From: Aulosira sp. ZfuVER01
Lineage (GTDB): Bacteria > Cyanobacteriota > Cyanobacteriia > Cyanobacteriales > Nostocaceae
Assembly (NCBI GenBank): GCA_034530615.2
Contig: JAVRCV020000049.1
Location: 32,001 to 96,000, forward strand
Reading direction: 5' to 3'
Length of the DNA stretch: 64,000 nt
Position 1 is the first letter of the stretch. Each line of letters starts with the position of its first letter. Both the position numbers and the translations under genes were made by a program. The notes beneath the pieces were generated by a model. It did no database searches. It was given only the letters and a program-made list of their open reading frames with translations, and was not told the origin of the DNA. Of this stretch, positions 38,651 through 50,100 are shown in pieces.

Positions 38651-39550
38651 TCACCATAAATGAGCAGTTTCTCTAACTATTTCTAGAAATCTCTGTACAA
38701 TTGGGGATTTTTCATTTGTGCGCCAAATCATGGCAATTGGAGCTTTTGGGGTAGACTCTGGGATTTTTTTGTAAACTACTCCAGTTCGTTGGAGGTTTTG
38801 CAAAGATGCAGGGGCGATCGCAACTCCCATGTCTCCAGCTACTAAACTGACAATCGTCTGCATCTGGATCGCTTCTTGAACAACACTAGGACTAAAACCT
38901 GCTTGCTGGCAAAGACTGATAATCAAATCGTAGAGTCCGGGTGCTAATTTTCTGGGAAATAAAATGAACGGTTCATTGGCTAGCGATCGCAAACTCACAT
39001 CAGATTGATTTGCTAGCCAATGTGTTTCCGGAAGCGCTACTATCAGCGACTCTTGAAAAATTGTCTCCCAGCTAAATGTATGATCTTCAACTGGCGGACG
39101 GATAAAGCCGACATCCATGCGCCCTTCCCGCAGCCACTCTAGTTGCTGATCGGTAGTTAGTTCGTGCAACTCTAGGCTCACCCCAGGAACAAGGCTGCGA
39201 AAATTTTTTAAGATAGTTGGCAAAATGTTATACGCTGCTGTACTGACAAAGCCAACTACTAATTGTCCGATTTCACCCCGATTTGTTTGTCGCCCAGTTT
39301 GAATTGCTTGCTGTAATTGCTTGAAAATTTGCTGCACTTCCCCCAGAAATACTTGTCCCGCTTCTGTTAACCGCACATTGCGTTTTGTGCGGTGAAATAG
39401 TTCAAAGCCCAATTCTCGCTCTAATTGGCGAATTTGTTGGCTGAGGGGAGGTTGAGCAATATGCAATTTTTCCGCCGCTTTTCCAAAATGTAGTTCTTCT
39501 GCCAAGGTGACAAAGTAGCGCAGGTGTCGTAATTCCATCGTGTACAGCAA
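38651..39550 (-). CDS. LysR-family transcriptional regulator
   Basis: MELRHLRYF...HFGKAAEKLHIAQPPLSQQIRQLE. Divergent from the methyltransferase. Confidence 0.93.
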   Translation of the reverse strand: MLYTMELRHLRYFVTLAEELHFGKAAEKLHIAQPPLSQQIRQLERELGFELFHRTKRNVRLTEAGQVFLGEVQQIFKQLQQAIQTGRQTNRGEIGQLVVGFVSTAAYNILPTILKNFRSLVPGVSLELHELTTDQQLEWLREGRMDVGFIRPPVEDHTFSWETIFQESLIVALPETHWLANQSDVSLRSLANEPFILFPRKLAPGLYDLIISLCQQAGFSPSVVQEAIQMQTIVSLVAGDMGVAIAPASLQNLQRTGVVYKKIPESTPKAPIAMIWRTNEKSPIVQRFLEIVRETAHLW

Positions 39551-39693
39551 CTAATATCTTTTAAATATTAGTTACAGCATAAAAATATATTGGACACGAT
39601 TAAAAATCTCTTTTACTGTAATGATTAAGCAGTCATCAACTGAAAGCCCATAGTTGAAGACTGACAAGCCCATATTCTGTAATTTCACTACTT

Positions 39694-40473
39694 ATGAATA
39701 GTCTTTCGATACCCAAGCATAATTGGGATACAAATTTGTATGAGGATAAACACGCCTTCGTGTGGCAATATGGCGAGGACTTATTGCAATTACTCAACCC
39801 CAAACCTGGGGAGTTAATTTTAGATCTCGGTTGTGGAACAGGACAACTCACAGAAAAAATTGCCCAAACTGGCGCTGAGGTGATGGGAATTGATAGCGCC
39901 GCCACCATGATTGAGAAGGCTAGACAAAACTATCCCCATATTCGGTGTGATGTTGCTGATGCTAGGAACTTTCAAGTAGAACAGCCATTAGATGCGGTGT
40001 TTTCTAACGCTGTCTTACATTGGGTGCAAGAAGCAGATAAAGCGATCGCATCCATCCATCAAGCACTAAAACCTGGTGGGCGATTTGTGGCAGAATTTGG
40101 TGGTAAGGGAAATATCCAGGCGATCGCAACAGCTTTGTCAAGTGCGCTCGAATCTATTGGTATTCCCCAACCGCAAACACTTAATCCTTGGTACTATCCC
40201 AGTATTGGGGAATATGCTAGCCTACTTGAACAGCAAGGTTTTGATGTCATCTATGCTACCATCTTTGCGCGTCCCACTCCTCTAGCAGACAAAGAAGCAG
40301 GCATAGCCAACTGGATTGAGATGTTTGCCACTAGTTTCTTAGTAGGAATAACTGCTGAACAAAAAATACAAGTAATTCGCAATGTAGAAGAGATCCTGAA
40401 GCCAACTCTGTATCAAGATGGAACTTGGATAGCAGACTACCGACGAATTCGCGTCTTAGCTATCAAAATTTAG
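39694..40473 (+). CDS. Class I SAM-dependent methyltransferase (Tam-like)
   Basis: ILDLGCGTG, DAVFSNAVLHW, LKPGGRF. Confidence 0.9.
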   Translation: MNSLSIPKHNWDTNLYEDKHAFVWQYGEDLLQLLNPKPGELILDLGCGTGQLTEKIAQTGAEVMGIDSAATMIEKARQNYPHIRCDVADARNFQVEQPLDAVFSNAVLHWVQEADKAIASIHQALKPGGRFVAEFGGKGNIQAIATALSSALESIGIPQPQTLNPWYYPSIGEYASLLEQQGFDVIYATIFARPTPLADKEAGIANWIEMFATSFLVGITAEQKIQVIRNVEEILKPTLYQDGTWIADYRRIRVLAIKI

Positions 40474-40538
40474 ATAGATATTGCTTATAAAAATCTGGCA
40501 AGATCAGAACATATTTACCTTGAATGAAGTCTCATTAC

Positions 40539-40682
40539 TTACAGCCGTTTTCAATTGTTTGAAACATAGGTATTTGTCAATGCACGCTTAAGCTTTAGCT
40601 AATAGAACTAAGGCGATCAGATCCCCGGCTTCTTTAAGAAGTCGGGGATATCTTAGCCCAGCAAAGTTATAACTGGCTGTAA
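40539..40682. repeat. Degenerate MITE-like element containing a strong hairpin
   Basis: 8-bp inverted ends ttacagcc/ggctgtaa, with internal hairpin atccccggcttct-tta-agaagtcggggat (40621-40649). Confidence 0.4.
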
Positions 40683-40715
40683 ATAGGAGATAAATCCACA
40701 ATTCAAACTAATAAT

Positions 40716-41252
40716 ATGTTTAGCAAAACAATGTCTTGCCGCAAGACACCATTCCCACTATTACTAACTCTCGGATTGATGACGATTTCTCTTTTACCAA
40801 TCCGAACTTCATTAGCCCAAATTAGCTTTATACCGCAGCCTTCTAATGCGCCTTTGGAACTAAGTTTGTTAACTAAACCAAAAAGCTCTGTAATTACAGC
40901 TACTACAATTAATCAAAGAAACTTGACTATTCCTCGATTATGGTGGGCACAAGACAGCGCGGAGAAAAAACTGTTAGATAATTGGGTAGCATATCCAGCT
41001 TCTAAGGAAGAACCTGCGAGAGTAGATTTAGTAGTAAATCAGCAAATTTGGAGCTTATTAGACTATCTGGAACGCTACGACTTTATCAATCGTTTAGGTA
41101 CTGTAGCACGGAGGGATAATTATAATGTTCGAGTTTTTAATTATCAGCAAGAATTATTAGGAACCTATACTTGTAACTTTAAAGTCAATCCGTCTTTATG
41201 CAATATCCAGATGCCTTCTCAGAATAAGTTAGGTTGGCGGCGTTCGTTATAG
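40716..41252 (+). CDS. Hypothetical exported protein
   Basis: Signal-peptide-like N-terminus, IPRLWW...LLDNW...W..LDYLERY.F. Confidence 0.7.
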   Translation: MFSKTMSCRKTPFPLLLTLGLMTISLLPIRTSLAQISFIPQPSNAPLELSLLTKPKSSVITATTINQRNLTIPRLWWAQDSAEKKLLDNWVAYPASKEEPARVDLVVNQQIWSLLDYLERYDFINRLGTVARRDNYNVRVFNYQQELLGTYTCNFKVNPSLCNIQMPSQNKLGWRRSL

Positions 41253-41260
41253 AAAATAAA

Positions 41261-42412
41261 TTATCCTGCTTTGATTTTGTCAAATAAAGACTCATACTGC
41301 TTTGTTGTTGATGGAGATAAAGGAAGTAAAAATTCACTTTTAGCGAAAACTTCACGATTACTGAGTAACAGATTCCTGAATGATTCTTGAATATCTGAGG
41401 CCACAATATTTGTAGAAATAGGCGAATTAGTTTTGCTTAGTAGCGAAATTTGTTTAGCGATCGCAGGTTGCAAACAAAAATCAATCCATTGATTTGCTAA
41501 AGTATCTTTGTCCACGCCTTTGGGACGTACCCACAGATCTGCCCATACTGCTGTTCCAGCTTGGGGGATAACGGCTTTGAGGTGGGGATAACGCGCCAGC
41601 ACCGGTAATACATCGTCAGACCAGCCAACCGCCAGCCAAGTATCTTCAATAACTAAGGGTTCTAGGTAGGTTTTGGAACTGTAGAACTTTACCTGTTGAT
41701 TTAAGGCGCTGAGTTCTTTTTCCAATTCTGGTACTTGGTCAAGATTTTCTGTATTGTAGGATTTTCCTAATTTCTTTAAAACCAGACCAATTACTTCTCG
41801 TGGTTGATTGAGTAGAGAAATCCGCGATCGCACTTCATCTCGCCACAAATCACTCCAATCTTTGGGCGTCCATCCTAATTCTTGGAATTTTTCACGGTTA
41901 TAGACTATCACCGTACTACCCCAACGGTAAGGAGCAGCCCAAACTTTTCCTTGAGAATCGGGATTACCTTGTTCGTTGCGCGTTACCAGTTGCTTCCACT
42001 TGTCATCTAAAGCTGTCCACTGTTTAATTTGCGCTTCATTTAGTGGTTGAATTAGTTTTTGCTCAATTGCAGCTTTTAGCCAATAATCTCCCAACGTCAC
42101 TAGGTCGGCTATCGGTGTTTTTTGCTCTTGTGCAAGTGGGATAAAGCGACGCCATCCTTGCTCATCGCTGGCTTTTGGCTGTTGCTGCCAATTTTGCAAT
42201 TGTTTAAATAAATCTTGTATCTGCTCCACAGGAGAAAACTTTAATTGCGCCTGTGGCTTCAAGGCTTTCTGAAATTTATTAACTACCTGACCAGGTATAG
42301 AACCTTTTAATAGCTGTACTTTCAGTTGGGTCTGGTTGCTTCCACCACAGCCAATCAACAGTTGTGAAAGTGCTAATGTACCTGTGGCTAATAAGAACGA
42401 GCGTCGATCCAT
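41261..42412 (-). CDS. Extracellular solute-binding lipoprotein (PotD/PotF-like), Tat signal
   Basis: MDRRSFLL...LIGC, PYRWGSTVIVYN, DWSDLW, VWADLW. Confidence 0.85.
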   Translation of the reverse strand: MDRRSFLLATGTLALSQLLIGCGGSNQTQLKVQLLKGSIPGQVVNKFQKALKPQAQLKFSPVEQIQDLFKQLQNWQQQPKASDEQGWRRFIPLAQEQKTPIADLVTLGDYWLKAAIEQKLIQPLNEAQIKQWTALDDKWKQLVTRNEQGNPDSQGKVWAAPYRWGSTVIVYNREKFQELGWTPKDWSDLWRDEVRSRISLLNQPREVIGLVLKKLGKSYNTENLDQVPELEKELSALNQQVKFYSSKTYLEPLVIEDTWLAVGWSDDVLPVLARYPHLKAVIPQAGTAVWADLWVRPKGVDKDTLANQWIDFCLQPAIAKQISLLSKTNSPISTNIVASDIQESFRNLLLSNREVFAKSEFLLPLSPSTTKQYESLFDKIKAG

Positions 42413-43263
42413 CGAATTTGAATATAAATCTTAGATTATAACTATCTTAAGCATTGGCATACCAAGTTTCTCAGGCATCGAATCAAGATGTAGATGCCAA
42501 AGCTCATTGGTAGGCTGAATCCGCACCTAAATCAAATATTTCTGCCTTAGGGCTGTCCTGGGTCAAGAATCAAAGGTTGACTTGGACTTTTGACAACCTT
42601 AGTGCGAAATCTATAATTTAAATGCGTCATAGCTGAGTTTCTCAAATTATAGTTTTATCTCACTTCTGGTAGATGGTGATTATCAGCTGCCCTTGCTTTA
42701 ATTGGCAGTAAGGTCAGTAGCCTAGATCTTAAAAATGCTTGTATTTTTTAATTTGTAATTTTGAATTATTAATTGGCTACTCGTTGGCTGACTCAATGAT
42801 TTTTCCGAGTATTTCTCTGTGAGATTTTCCCTATTTACCTCGATCACTAAAATCTTAATTATTTCTTCAGTTCTTCAGTGAATTGTCAGAGTTCCGTAAT
42901 AACTAGTAGAACACGGCAGAAAGAGAGATAGCTTAAACGGAATTTCCTTAACAACCTCATGTTTACAACCTGAATAAGATGGCTTAACTGGGGCTGATTT
43001 GTCCATATTGCCTAAAAATTACGGACAAAATCGAATATGTTGCTAGCTTTATTCAAGTTACTGAAAATTAACTGCGTTTACCTTGATTTTTCTTAATACT
43101 ATTATTTAGATTTCCTGTCAAACATATTTAGTTATGTTTATAAGTAATGAATTTAATATCACATTCATACAAAGCATGAGAAAAATTAAATAATTCATAA
43201 GTATTTTTAAGGTCGGCAGTAAATTGAATAACATAGAGAAAATATGCGGATTTAGGGTATTAA

Positions 43264-43641
43264 ATGGAGCCATTACAAAAGCAGATCATGACTCTGAGCT
43301 ATAAACTGGATACGCTCTGCCAAGTGATTGAGGAGCTTGACAGTAAAGTTTCTCAAACTTTATCAGAGTGCTCTTTAGCCAGAACGCAGGCAAGAGATAG
43401 TTATTCAGAAACTAACGAAGCCACGCATTACCACCAGTTCAAAGCAAATCTAAATTACAATTCAGAACTGGAACATAAGGATGTATTGGCAGACGGCATT
43501 TATACAGACACGAATCGTCAAGGTGGAGAAAAAAGCCTGACGCCAGAAATTCAAATACAACGACTAACAGCACAATTAACAGCAGCCTATAATCGCATTG
43601 CCGCCTTAGAAGAACAATTACTGCGGGAGAGAATTCACTAA
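43264..43641 (+). CDS. Hypothetical coiled-coil protein
   Basis: Clean ORF with C-terminal IQIQRLTAQLTAAYNRIAALEEQLL heptads. Confidence 0.75.
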   Translation: MEPLQKQIMTLSYKLDTLCQVIEELDSKVSQTLSECSLARTQARDSYSETNEATHYHQFKANLNYNSELEHKDVLADGIYTDTNRQGGEKSLTPEIQIQRLTAQLTAAYNRIAALEEQLLRERIH

Positions 43642-43693
43642 TTTTTAAATAAGTCCAGGAGATTTACCTGAACTTTCTGAGTCTTGGCATCCG

Positions 43694-44899
43694 CTATTGG
43701 TTATTGAATCTGCTCAATCGCTCAAGTTGTTTTTCAATGGCTTCCAAAAGTTGGTGTTGTTGCCAATCTGAACTAAGATAGGCAGCGATCGCAGCTCCTC
43801 CAGCGCCCATACCTTCTTTGACAAAGCCCTGCTCGTAAGCTTGGAGTTGGGGATAACGAGAATCAGTAAAACTCAGTTGAGTAGCTAGTAAGGGTGGGGT
43901 TTTCCCACCCTTAATTATGTCTTCATTACCTAAACTTTGGGCTAATTCCACCGTCCCACCAGTGGGATCTTCTGCTACCCAGCGAGTTGTACCCACAACT
44001 ACTTCTTCGGATCGCCAAGCTAAATTGTAAGTTTGAGCGATCGCATTCATCAGCGCATAAACTGCTAGCATTTGCGTCCCACCCGCCAGCAACACACCAC
44101 AACTACGACTAGCCGCGATCGCCATTCCCGCTACTACCACCTGCATCGGATCGCCCACAGCGGCGACGAGTTGGAGAGGATCGATGAGAGACCGAGGGAC
44201 GGGGGGAGCTTGGGACGCGGAGAAATTTTTCTGGCTCTCCGTGTCGTTGCGTCTTTGCGTCTCCCTGTCCTCCCTCATCTTCTCTAAACCTGCTTGTACC
44301 AATGCCGATTTTTGTCCGTGGTTACAAACAGGATGACTGCTGTTGACTTTCCCCTCGGCGGGTATCCCCAAGCCAGTTAAAATTGCCAAAGCTGTAGTAG
44401 TACCACCAACCACACACTCACTTAAAATCAAATACCCTTGTTGGCTATTAGCCGCTAGTTGAGAACCCCAAAGTAGCCCTTGTTCTAGCAAGTGGTGTAC
44501 CGTTGCTAGTTCCATCGCCTTACCTTGACTTAAACACCTAGCAGGAAATCCCCCTAAATCAATGGTTGGTACTGCTGGGGGCTGAGGTAAACCAGCATTA
44601 AATAAATAAACAGGAATTTTCAGGGCTTCAACTACTGCACGGGAAATTAATACAGGTGAAGCCCCCGCCGTCAGTGGTGGTAGGGCATATTTGGGTTGGT
44701 ATTCTGCACCGTAGTATAAAAATTCAGCATCCGCACAAGCAGTATACTTCCGGTCTTCTGGAGTCAGTCCAGCCGCCGAAATCCCTGGAATTAAACCAGT
44801 TTCAGTAAATCCTAAAATACAGGCAAACACAGGTAAGCGATCGCGGTACTTAGCAATCCAAGCTTCACCCTGTGCTATTTGAGTATAAATATTAATCAT
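43694..44899 (-). CDS. cobT: Nicotinate-nucleotide-dependent phosphoribosyltransferase CobT (cyanobacterial/archaeal type)
   Basis: PGISAAG, ECVVGGTTTA, LAGGTQM, GTTRWV, YEQGFVKEGMGAGG. Confidence 0.88.
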   Translation of the reverse strand: MINIYTQIAQGEAWIAKYRDRLPVFACILGFTETGLIPGISAAGLTPEDRKYTACADAEFLYYGAEYQPKYALPPLTAGASPVLISRAVVEALKIPVYLFNAGLPQPPAVPTIDLGGFPARCLSQGKAMELATVHHLLEQGLLWGSQLAANSQQGYLILSECVVGGTTTALAILTGLGIPAEGKVNSSHPVCNHGQKSALVQAGLEKMREDRETQRRNDTESQKNFSASQAPPVPRSLIDPLQLVAAVGDPMQVVVAGMAIAASRSCGVLLAGGTQMLAVYALMNAIAQTYNLAWRSEEVVVGTTRWVAEDPTGGTVELAQSLGNEDIIKGGKTPPLLATQLSFTDSRYPQLQAYEQGFVKEGMGAGGAAIAAYLSSDWQQHQLLEAIEKQLERLSRFNNQ

Positions 44900-44949
44900 C
44901 GAGAGTAACAGTGATTAGCGATCGGCTAACCACGAATGACCAATGACTA

Positions 44950-45696
44950 TTATTCATAATCCATCAAAACTTGTACCCAACGCGGCGGACGGGGAATGGG
45001 ATTTCCCAGACGATCTAACAGCAGCCATGCGGCTATGTGGACGATAAACAAGTAGATAAAATTGTTGAACAGAATCAAAACCAGCGCCCCGATTTGAATC
45101 CAAAACACACTAGGATTTGCCAATAATTCCAGCTTCAGGAACAACCACTCGATCAGTTCTGTTACCTGGTTAATTGCATAAATCCAAAGATCTTCACCAG
45201 ATAACACAGACAGTAACCATACCCGGAAAAAGGCTCCCAAAGTCCCTAGTAACATACCCAAGGTAATAGAAACTATCCAGGGGACGCGACGATTCCATGT
45301 TGCTCCTAATAGCACGCCCATAAAAGCGTAGGGCATGACAAACAGCAGACTGCGGACTGGCCCCATCAACACTGCTAGCAGCAATCCAGATGTGACTGCT
45401 GCCATCCAGGCTGCTCTCTTGCCCCAACGGAGGTAGACTAGAGCGATCGGTACTGGAAAAAATATCCGCAATACTGGCCCCAAGGGAAAGTAAAAATTAA
45501 TAAACCAAATCAAGCTAGCAGTACTAGCTAAAAATGCCGTTTCCACCATTCTTAGGGGTGCATCAACTTTCAGTTGGGGAGGCCGCAGCGTGCTTTGATT
45601 CCCAAACTTGAGTTGACTTTGGGTAATTTGAGATTCAGAGGATGGGCCTTGCTCTGGCTCATCTGGCAGAGAATCTAAGATGCTCATATTTGACAA
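44950..45696 (-). CDS. DUF2232-type membrane protein
   Basis: MVETAFLAS...FFPVPIALVYLRWG with multiple TM segments. Confidence 0.8.
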   Translation of the reverse strand: MSNMSILDSLPDEPEQGPSSESQITQSQLKFGNQSTLRPPQLKVDAPLRMVETAFLASTASLIWFINFYFPLGPVLRIFFPVPIALVYLRWGKRAAWMAAVTSGLLLAVLMGPVRSLLFVMPYAFMGVLLGATWNRRVPWIVSITLGMLLGTLGAFFRVWLLSVLSGEDLWIYAINQVTELIEWLFLKLELLANPSVFWIQIGALVLILFNNFIYLFIVHIAAWLLLDRLGNPIPRPPRWVQVLMDYE

Positions 45697-45700
45697 GTTT

Positions 45701-46402
45701 TTAAACGATCATTCTTTCCAAGGCTGACAAATCGGGAATATGAATCATATCCTGATCCCGCCTAATCAACCCTTTTTTTTCTAGCCTTGTCAACACTCGT
45801 GTAACTGTTTCCCGCGCCAGCCCACTTAAACTGCTCAATTCTCGGTGCGGTAAATTCGGAATTTCTGTTCCTCCTGTCTGCGCTTTTTTTCCCTGTCCTT
45901 CTGCCAAAAATAGCAAAGTGTCTGCTACCCGTGACTGACTATCAGATTCTCTCAAGCGCAATCTGCGATTGACTTGCCGCAAGCGTCGCGCCATCAGTTG
46001 AGCCAATCGCATTCCTGCCAAGGGTTCTGTCTGAAGTAACTTGACAAAATCTTGAGACGGCATACTACCAATCACTGTAGGCGTTAGGGTAATTACATCG
46101 GTAGAGCGAGGTACTTCATCTAGCGCCGCCATTTCACCAAACAATTCTCCCTTGCCAAGAATATTCAACGTCACCTCTTTACCTTCTAGGTTGTAGGTGC
46201 GAATTTTGACCCATCCATCCACAATGAAATATACAGAACCACCCCAGTCATTTTCCAGTAGAATTACCTGATTAGCTGGGTGTGTACGGGTAACAAGATG
46301 GGTGAGGGCTGATTCGACAACCAATTCTGGCAACCCCTGAAAAAAGGGAGCCGAGATCATCCAGGGATTTGTAGGTGTCTGCAGGCTATATCGGTCTTCC
46401 AT
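45701..46402 (-). CDS. cAMP receptor protein-like regulator (SyCRP1/AnCrp type)
   Basis: GELFGEMA..D..PRS cAMP-binding motif and HTH LSGLARETVTR. Confidence 0.88.
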   Translation of the reverse strand: MEDRYSLQTPTNPWMISAPFFQGLPELVVESALTHLVTRTHPANQVILLENDWGGSVYFIVDGWVKIRTYNLEGKEVTLNILGKGELFGEMAALDEVPRSTDVITLTPTVIGSMPSQDFVKLLQTEPLAGMRLAQLMARRLRQVNRRLRLRESDSQSRVADTLLFLAEGQGKKAQTGGTEIPNLPHRELSSLSGLARETVTRVLTRLEKKGLIRRDQDMIHIPDLSALERMIV

Positions 46403-47112
46403 TACAACATCTTGATTACATATTTTTTAAATAAAGCAGTTGAATACACAACAAACGAGAGCGCTATGTTAAGCCTAAGCTATCAAAGCACAGCCCTTTA
46501 CAAAAATAAAACTAAACTATGTTACACAAAAATCCAGTATGAGCTTTGTTTATCAATAATCCTTACCTATGGGTTTAGACCTAGTGATAATTGTGCATCA
46601 AACAGTCTGTTGCACCTCAAGGTCTTCTTAAAGCACTAACTTCAGAACATAGGTAAACAACCTTAATGATACTCAAGGTAGTTAATTTTTGCTAACCTAA
46701 AACCTTTAGGTGCTGTCAGCAATATACAACTAAGTACAACAAAGCTTCATAATTTGCTTGTTTTTCGGTACCAAAGCGTTGGTTTAACAAAAGTAGTTTG
46801 TTTAGCTGTTACAATTTTTTCTATTTTTTATGCTATGAAGTCTGAGAAGTTACAACGTTGGTTGTCTGGTGAGATGGAACAGCACCCAGTAGGCTGTCGT
46901 GCTGTTGAAACTGCCAAACACCCGATTAGTAGCTGTCAAGCCGATCTTCTCAAATAGGTAGCGATCAACAATAGCCAAAATTCCCAAAATCCATAACATC
47001 AACACCAATTACACTCAAAAGTCCGACGGGTAAAAGCCAAGCCTCATAATTTCAATAATTGTAAATTAATTTAACCAGCAATTGACGTAAATTTCTACAT
47101 AAGGTATCTAAA

Positions 47113-50100
47113 GTGACTTCTCACGCAGATGAAATTCAAAGATTGATCGCAGACATTGACAACCTACTTGCCAATAATGGCAAGCGTCTGTCTAAGCTGT
47201 TGTCTGGTCAGGCGCAGGAACCAAGAGAGGTTTTGGAGCGAACTCGCGACTTTCTCAGTAGACTCCAAGAAAGTGAATTATTGTCCAAGGATGGTCAAAA
47301 CAAACCTTCAGAACCCAAACCACTGTCACCTTTATTAGCAAAATTTGTCGATCAAAATCATCAGCAGTCGTTAACCCAAAACAAGCAAGCCAACGAAGAA
47401 CAGAGTACAGCGACGCTGCTGCAAAAATTAAATAGTGAAGTCTCAGTTTTGCTCCAGCCGTTGCAAGGAGAATTAGCAGGATTATTGCAAGAGCGAGCCA
47501 ATCTGGTGCAAGAAATTCGCCAACTAGAGCAAAGGCGATCGCAAAATTATTCCCTGAGCCAGCAGTTGGCACACCAGGAACAGATCATTAACGACTTTTT
47601 ACAGGTACTTACCAATCGCTTGCTGCCAACTTTAACCTCGCAGTTAACCCAGAAGTTTGCAAATGTACCGATTTCTGCCACAACAAGTAATAACGCCAAT
47701 TCAGACGCCACACTAAGCAGCAATCCAGATGGAGTAGAGCAGTTAACTAGGTTAGGTAGGGAGTTCGATCAACGCCTACTGTCACTGGATGGAACTGTCA
47801 ATGTTGTCTTTGAAGCACTACAGCGCAACATTCATACTTATCAAGAATCCCTATCACAAGCGATCGCCAGAATGCACTCGCAAGGAGTGCAAGGCGAACA
47901 GGTAATGGCCAGCTTTGTGAATAACTTGACGCAGTATTTACAGCAATTTCCTGGGTATCAGCCATCTTTATCGACAATTAAGACAGAAACCATTAATTTA
48001 CAAGCTTTACAGCCAGCATATCCTCAACCGGAGTTAGAAACTCAGCGATCGCCAATACAACCACAAACAGATGCTGCAAACACAGAAGATTTGGATGCAG
48101 TGCTGTTGGAATTTGTCACAGATGCGCCACAATCTTCTCAGACAACTACGGCTGCAACTCCAACTGCATTCCAGCCAGAGAGTTCCCAAGCAGATGAAGT
48201 AGACCAACTTTATGCCAGTTTGTTTGGGACTGAAGATGTTACTCCAAAAGTCGTTGCTAATGAAGTAGTGCCACAAGAAACTGTTACGTTAGCAGATGTA
48301 GATATCACCGATAGCACACCTGTAGCCTCAACCAATCAAGTGCAATCTGTGGATGCTGCTGTGGAAACCGCCGCGAGTATCAAAGAAGCAATTCCTCCTC
48401 AACTAGAAGCAATTCCAGATTCCCCTGCGCAATCAACAGATTCATCACCGGAATGGGAAGATTTGTTTTTTGAGGAGGTTACAGATACAACTAGCTTGCC
48501 AGTAGAAGCAGTCACAGCAACAGAGAGTCAAGCTAGTGTTGAGACAATTACTGCTTTAACAGACTTAGTAGTTGATGTAGCTGCTCAACAGCAAGTCATT
48601 CCAGCTCCATCTCCTGCAAAAGAAGTCATAAAAACTACAACAGTCACACCTGCTGCCCAAAAACCGGAAGTAGTAATTCTCCATGAAGAGCAAGATAAAT
48701 CTTTAGATAGCTATATTGCCGCCTCACCACAGGAAAATTTACTTTCCCCAGAAGTAACCGCTAATATGCCGGATATTTCCTTAGATGATGAGCAGTTACA
48801 GTTATTGGATCAAGATTTGGCTGACTTTGATGGGTTGCTGAATTCTGCTAGTGAAGAATCGACTTTTCCGGAATTAACAGAAAATACTTCCCCTGAGGCT
48901 TTTAATAATACAGAAATGCCACAGCTTGCTTCTGGTAATTTCCCTCAACCAGAAGTTGAGTTAGACTTTAGCCCAATAATTGAAAAAAAAACTGCGCTTT
49001 CTACTGCGCAGGGCGTAAATTATCCAGAAATTTCATCTCAAGATATTCTCAAGTCGCGCTGGTATCTAGGAATTGATTTAGGTACAACAGGGATTTCTGC
49101 GACATTATTAAACAGTTCTACTTGTGTTGTCTATCCTATCTACTGGTCAGCAGAAACCCAAGCAGGAGCAGCTTCTTTCCAGCAATCTTTTCGTTTACCA
49201 GCAGAAGTTTATTTACCTACGGCTTCTGTACCTCAAGGTGAGACTGAAAATACAGAAAACTTGCCTAGCAATGCTGCACCATCCAAAAACACTCCCTACT
49301 CAGCACAATTAAAACCCTATTTACAAGTAGCTATTCCCTACAAAAGTGCTAGACAAAAATGGGAACCTGTACTGCAATTTAATGAGTTTTCTGCGGGGCC
49401 GTTAATTTGGATTGTGCGATCGCTTTCTAAACTACTATTAACTTTAAAATCCGATCGCCAAAGTACTACTCAAGGTTTAACTGCTGCTGCTGTTGGTTTA
49501 AATGAAGCCAGTTTCCGTACCATTATCAATAACCTGGCTGGTGCAATTTGCACTTGTCCATCTAGTTGTTCGGAACAATATCGCTTTAATGTGCGCGAAG
49601 CCTTACTGACAAGCAAATTAGTCCAACATCCCCAGCAAGTATTTTTCATTGAAGAAGCGATCGCTAGTCTTTTAAGTGTACTGAATGCTGCCAACGGTGA
49701 GACAGTACAAATCAGCAGTACCCAAGGTTTGCATCCCGTACAAAACGAGCAACCGCTTTTAGGAAACACTCTGGCGCTGAATATTGGGGCTACCGCTACA
49801 GAAATGACCTTGGTTGATTTGCCAGAAAATTTATCGGAATTTACACATCATGATTTCATGCTCCACAACTTTGCCTATGGTGGCAAGGGTATTGAGCAAG
49901 ATATTATCTGCCAACTGCTCCTACCGCCAAAATCTCGGCGATCGCGGGCAGAAATTTCAGCTGATAGCCAAGTTAGCAGTCAGCCTGGGCTATGGCAATC
50001 GACTATTCCAGGTTTAGACCAGATGCAGTGGCAAAGTTTGGGTTTAGAAGAATTAGAACTTCCACGAGTCGGAGAACCTGATATTAGCGCTCGTGTTCGC

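Noticed and set aside
42413..43263. Long intergenic region as an ncRNA or riboswitch
   Set aside because: No recognisable conserved RNA motif or convincing ORF. It is probably a divergent promoter region.
46835..46957. 40-codon ORF or structured RNA (cagcac...gtgctg hairpin) between crp and the large gene
   Set aside because: No RBS, motif or paralogue supports it, so it cannot be distinguished from chance.
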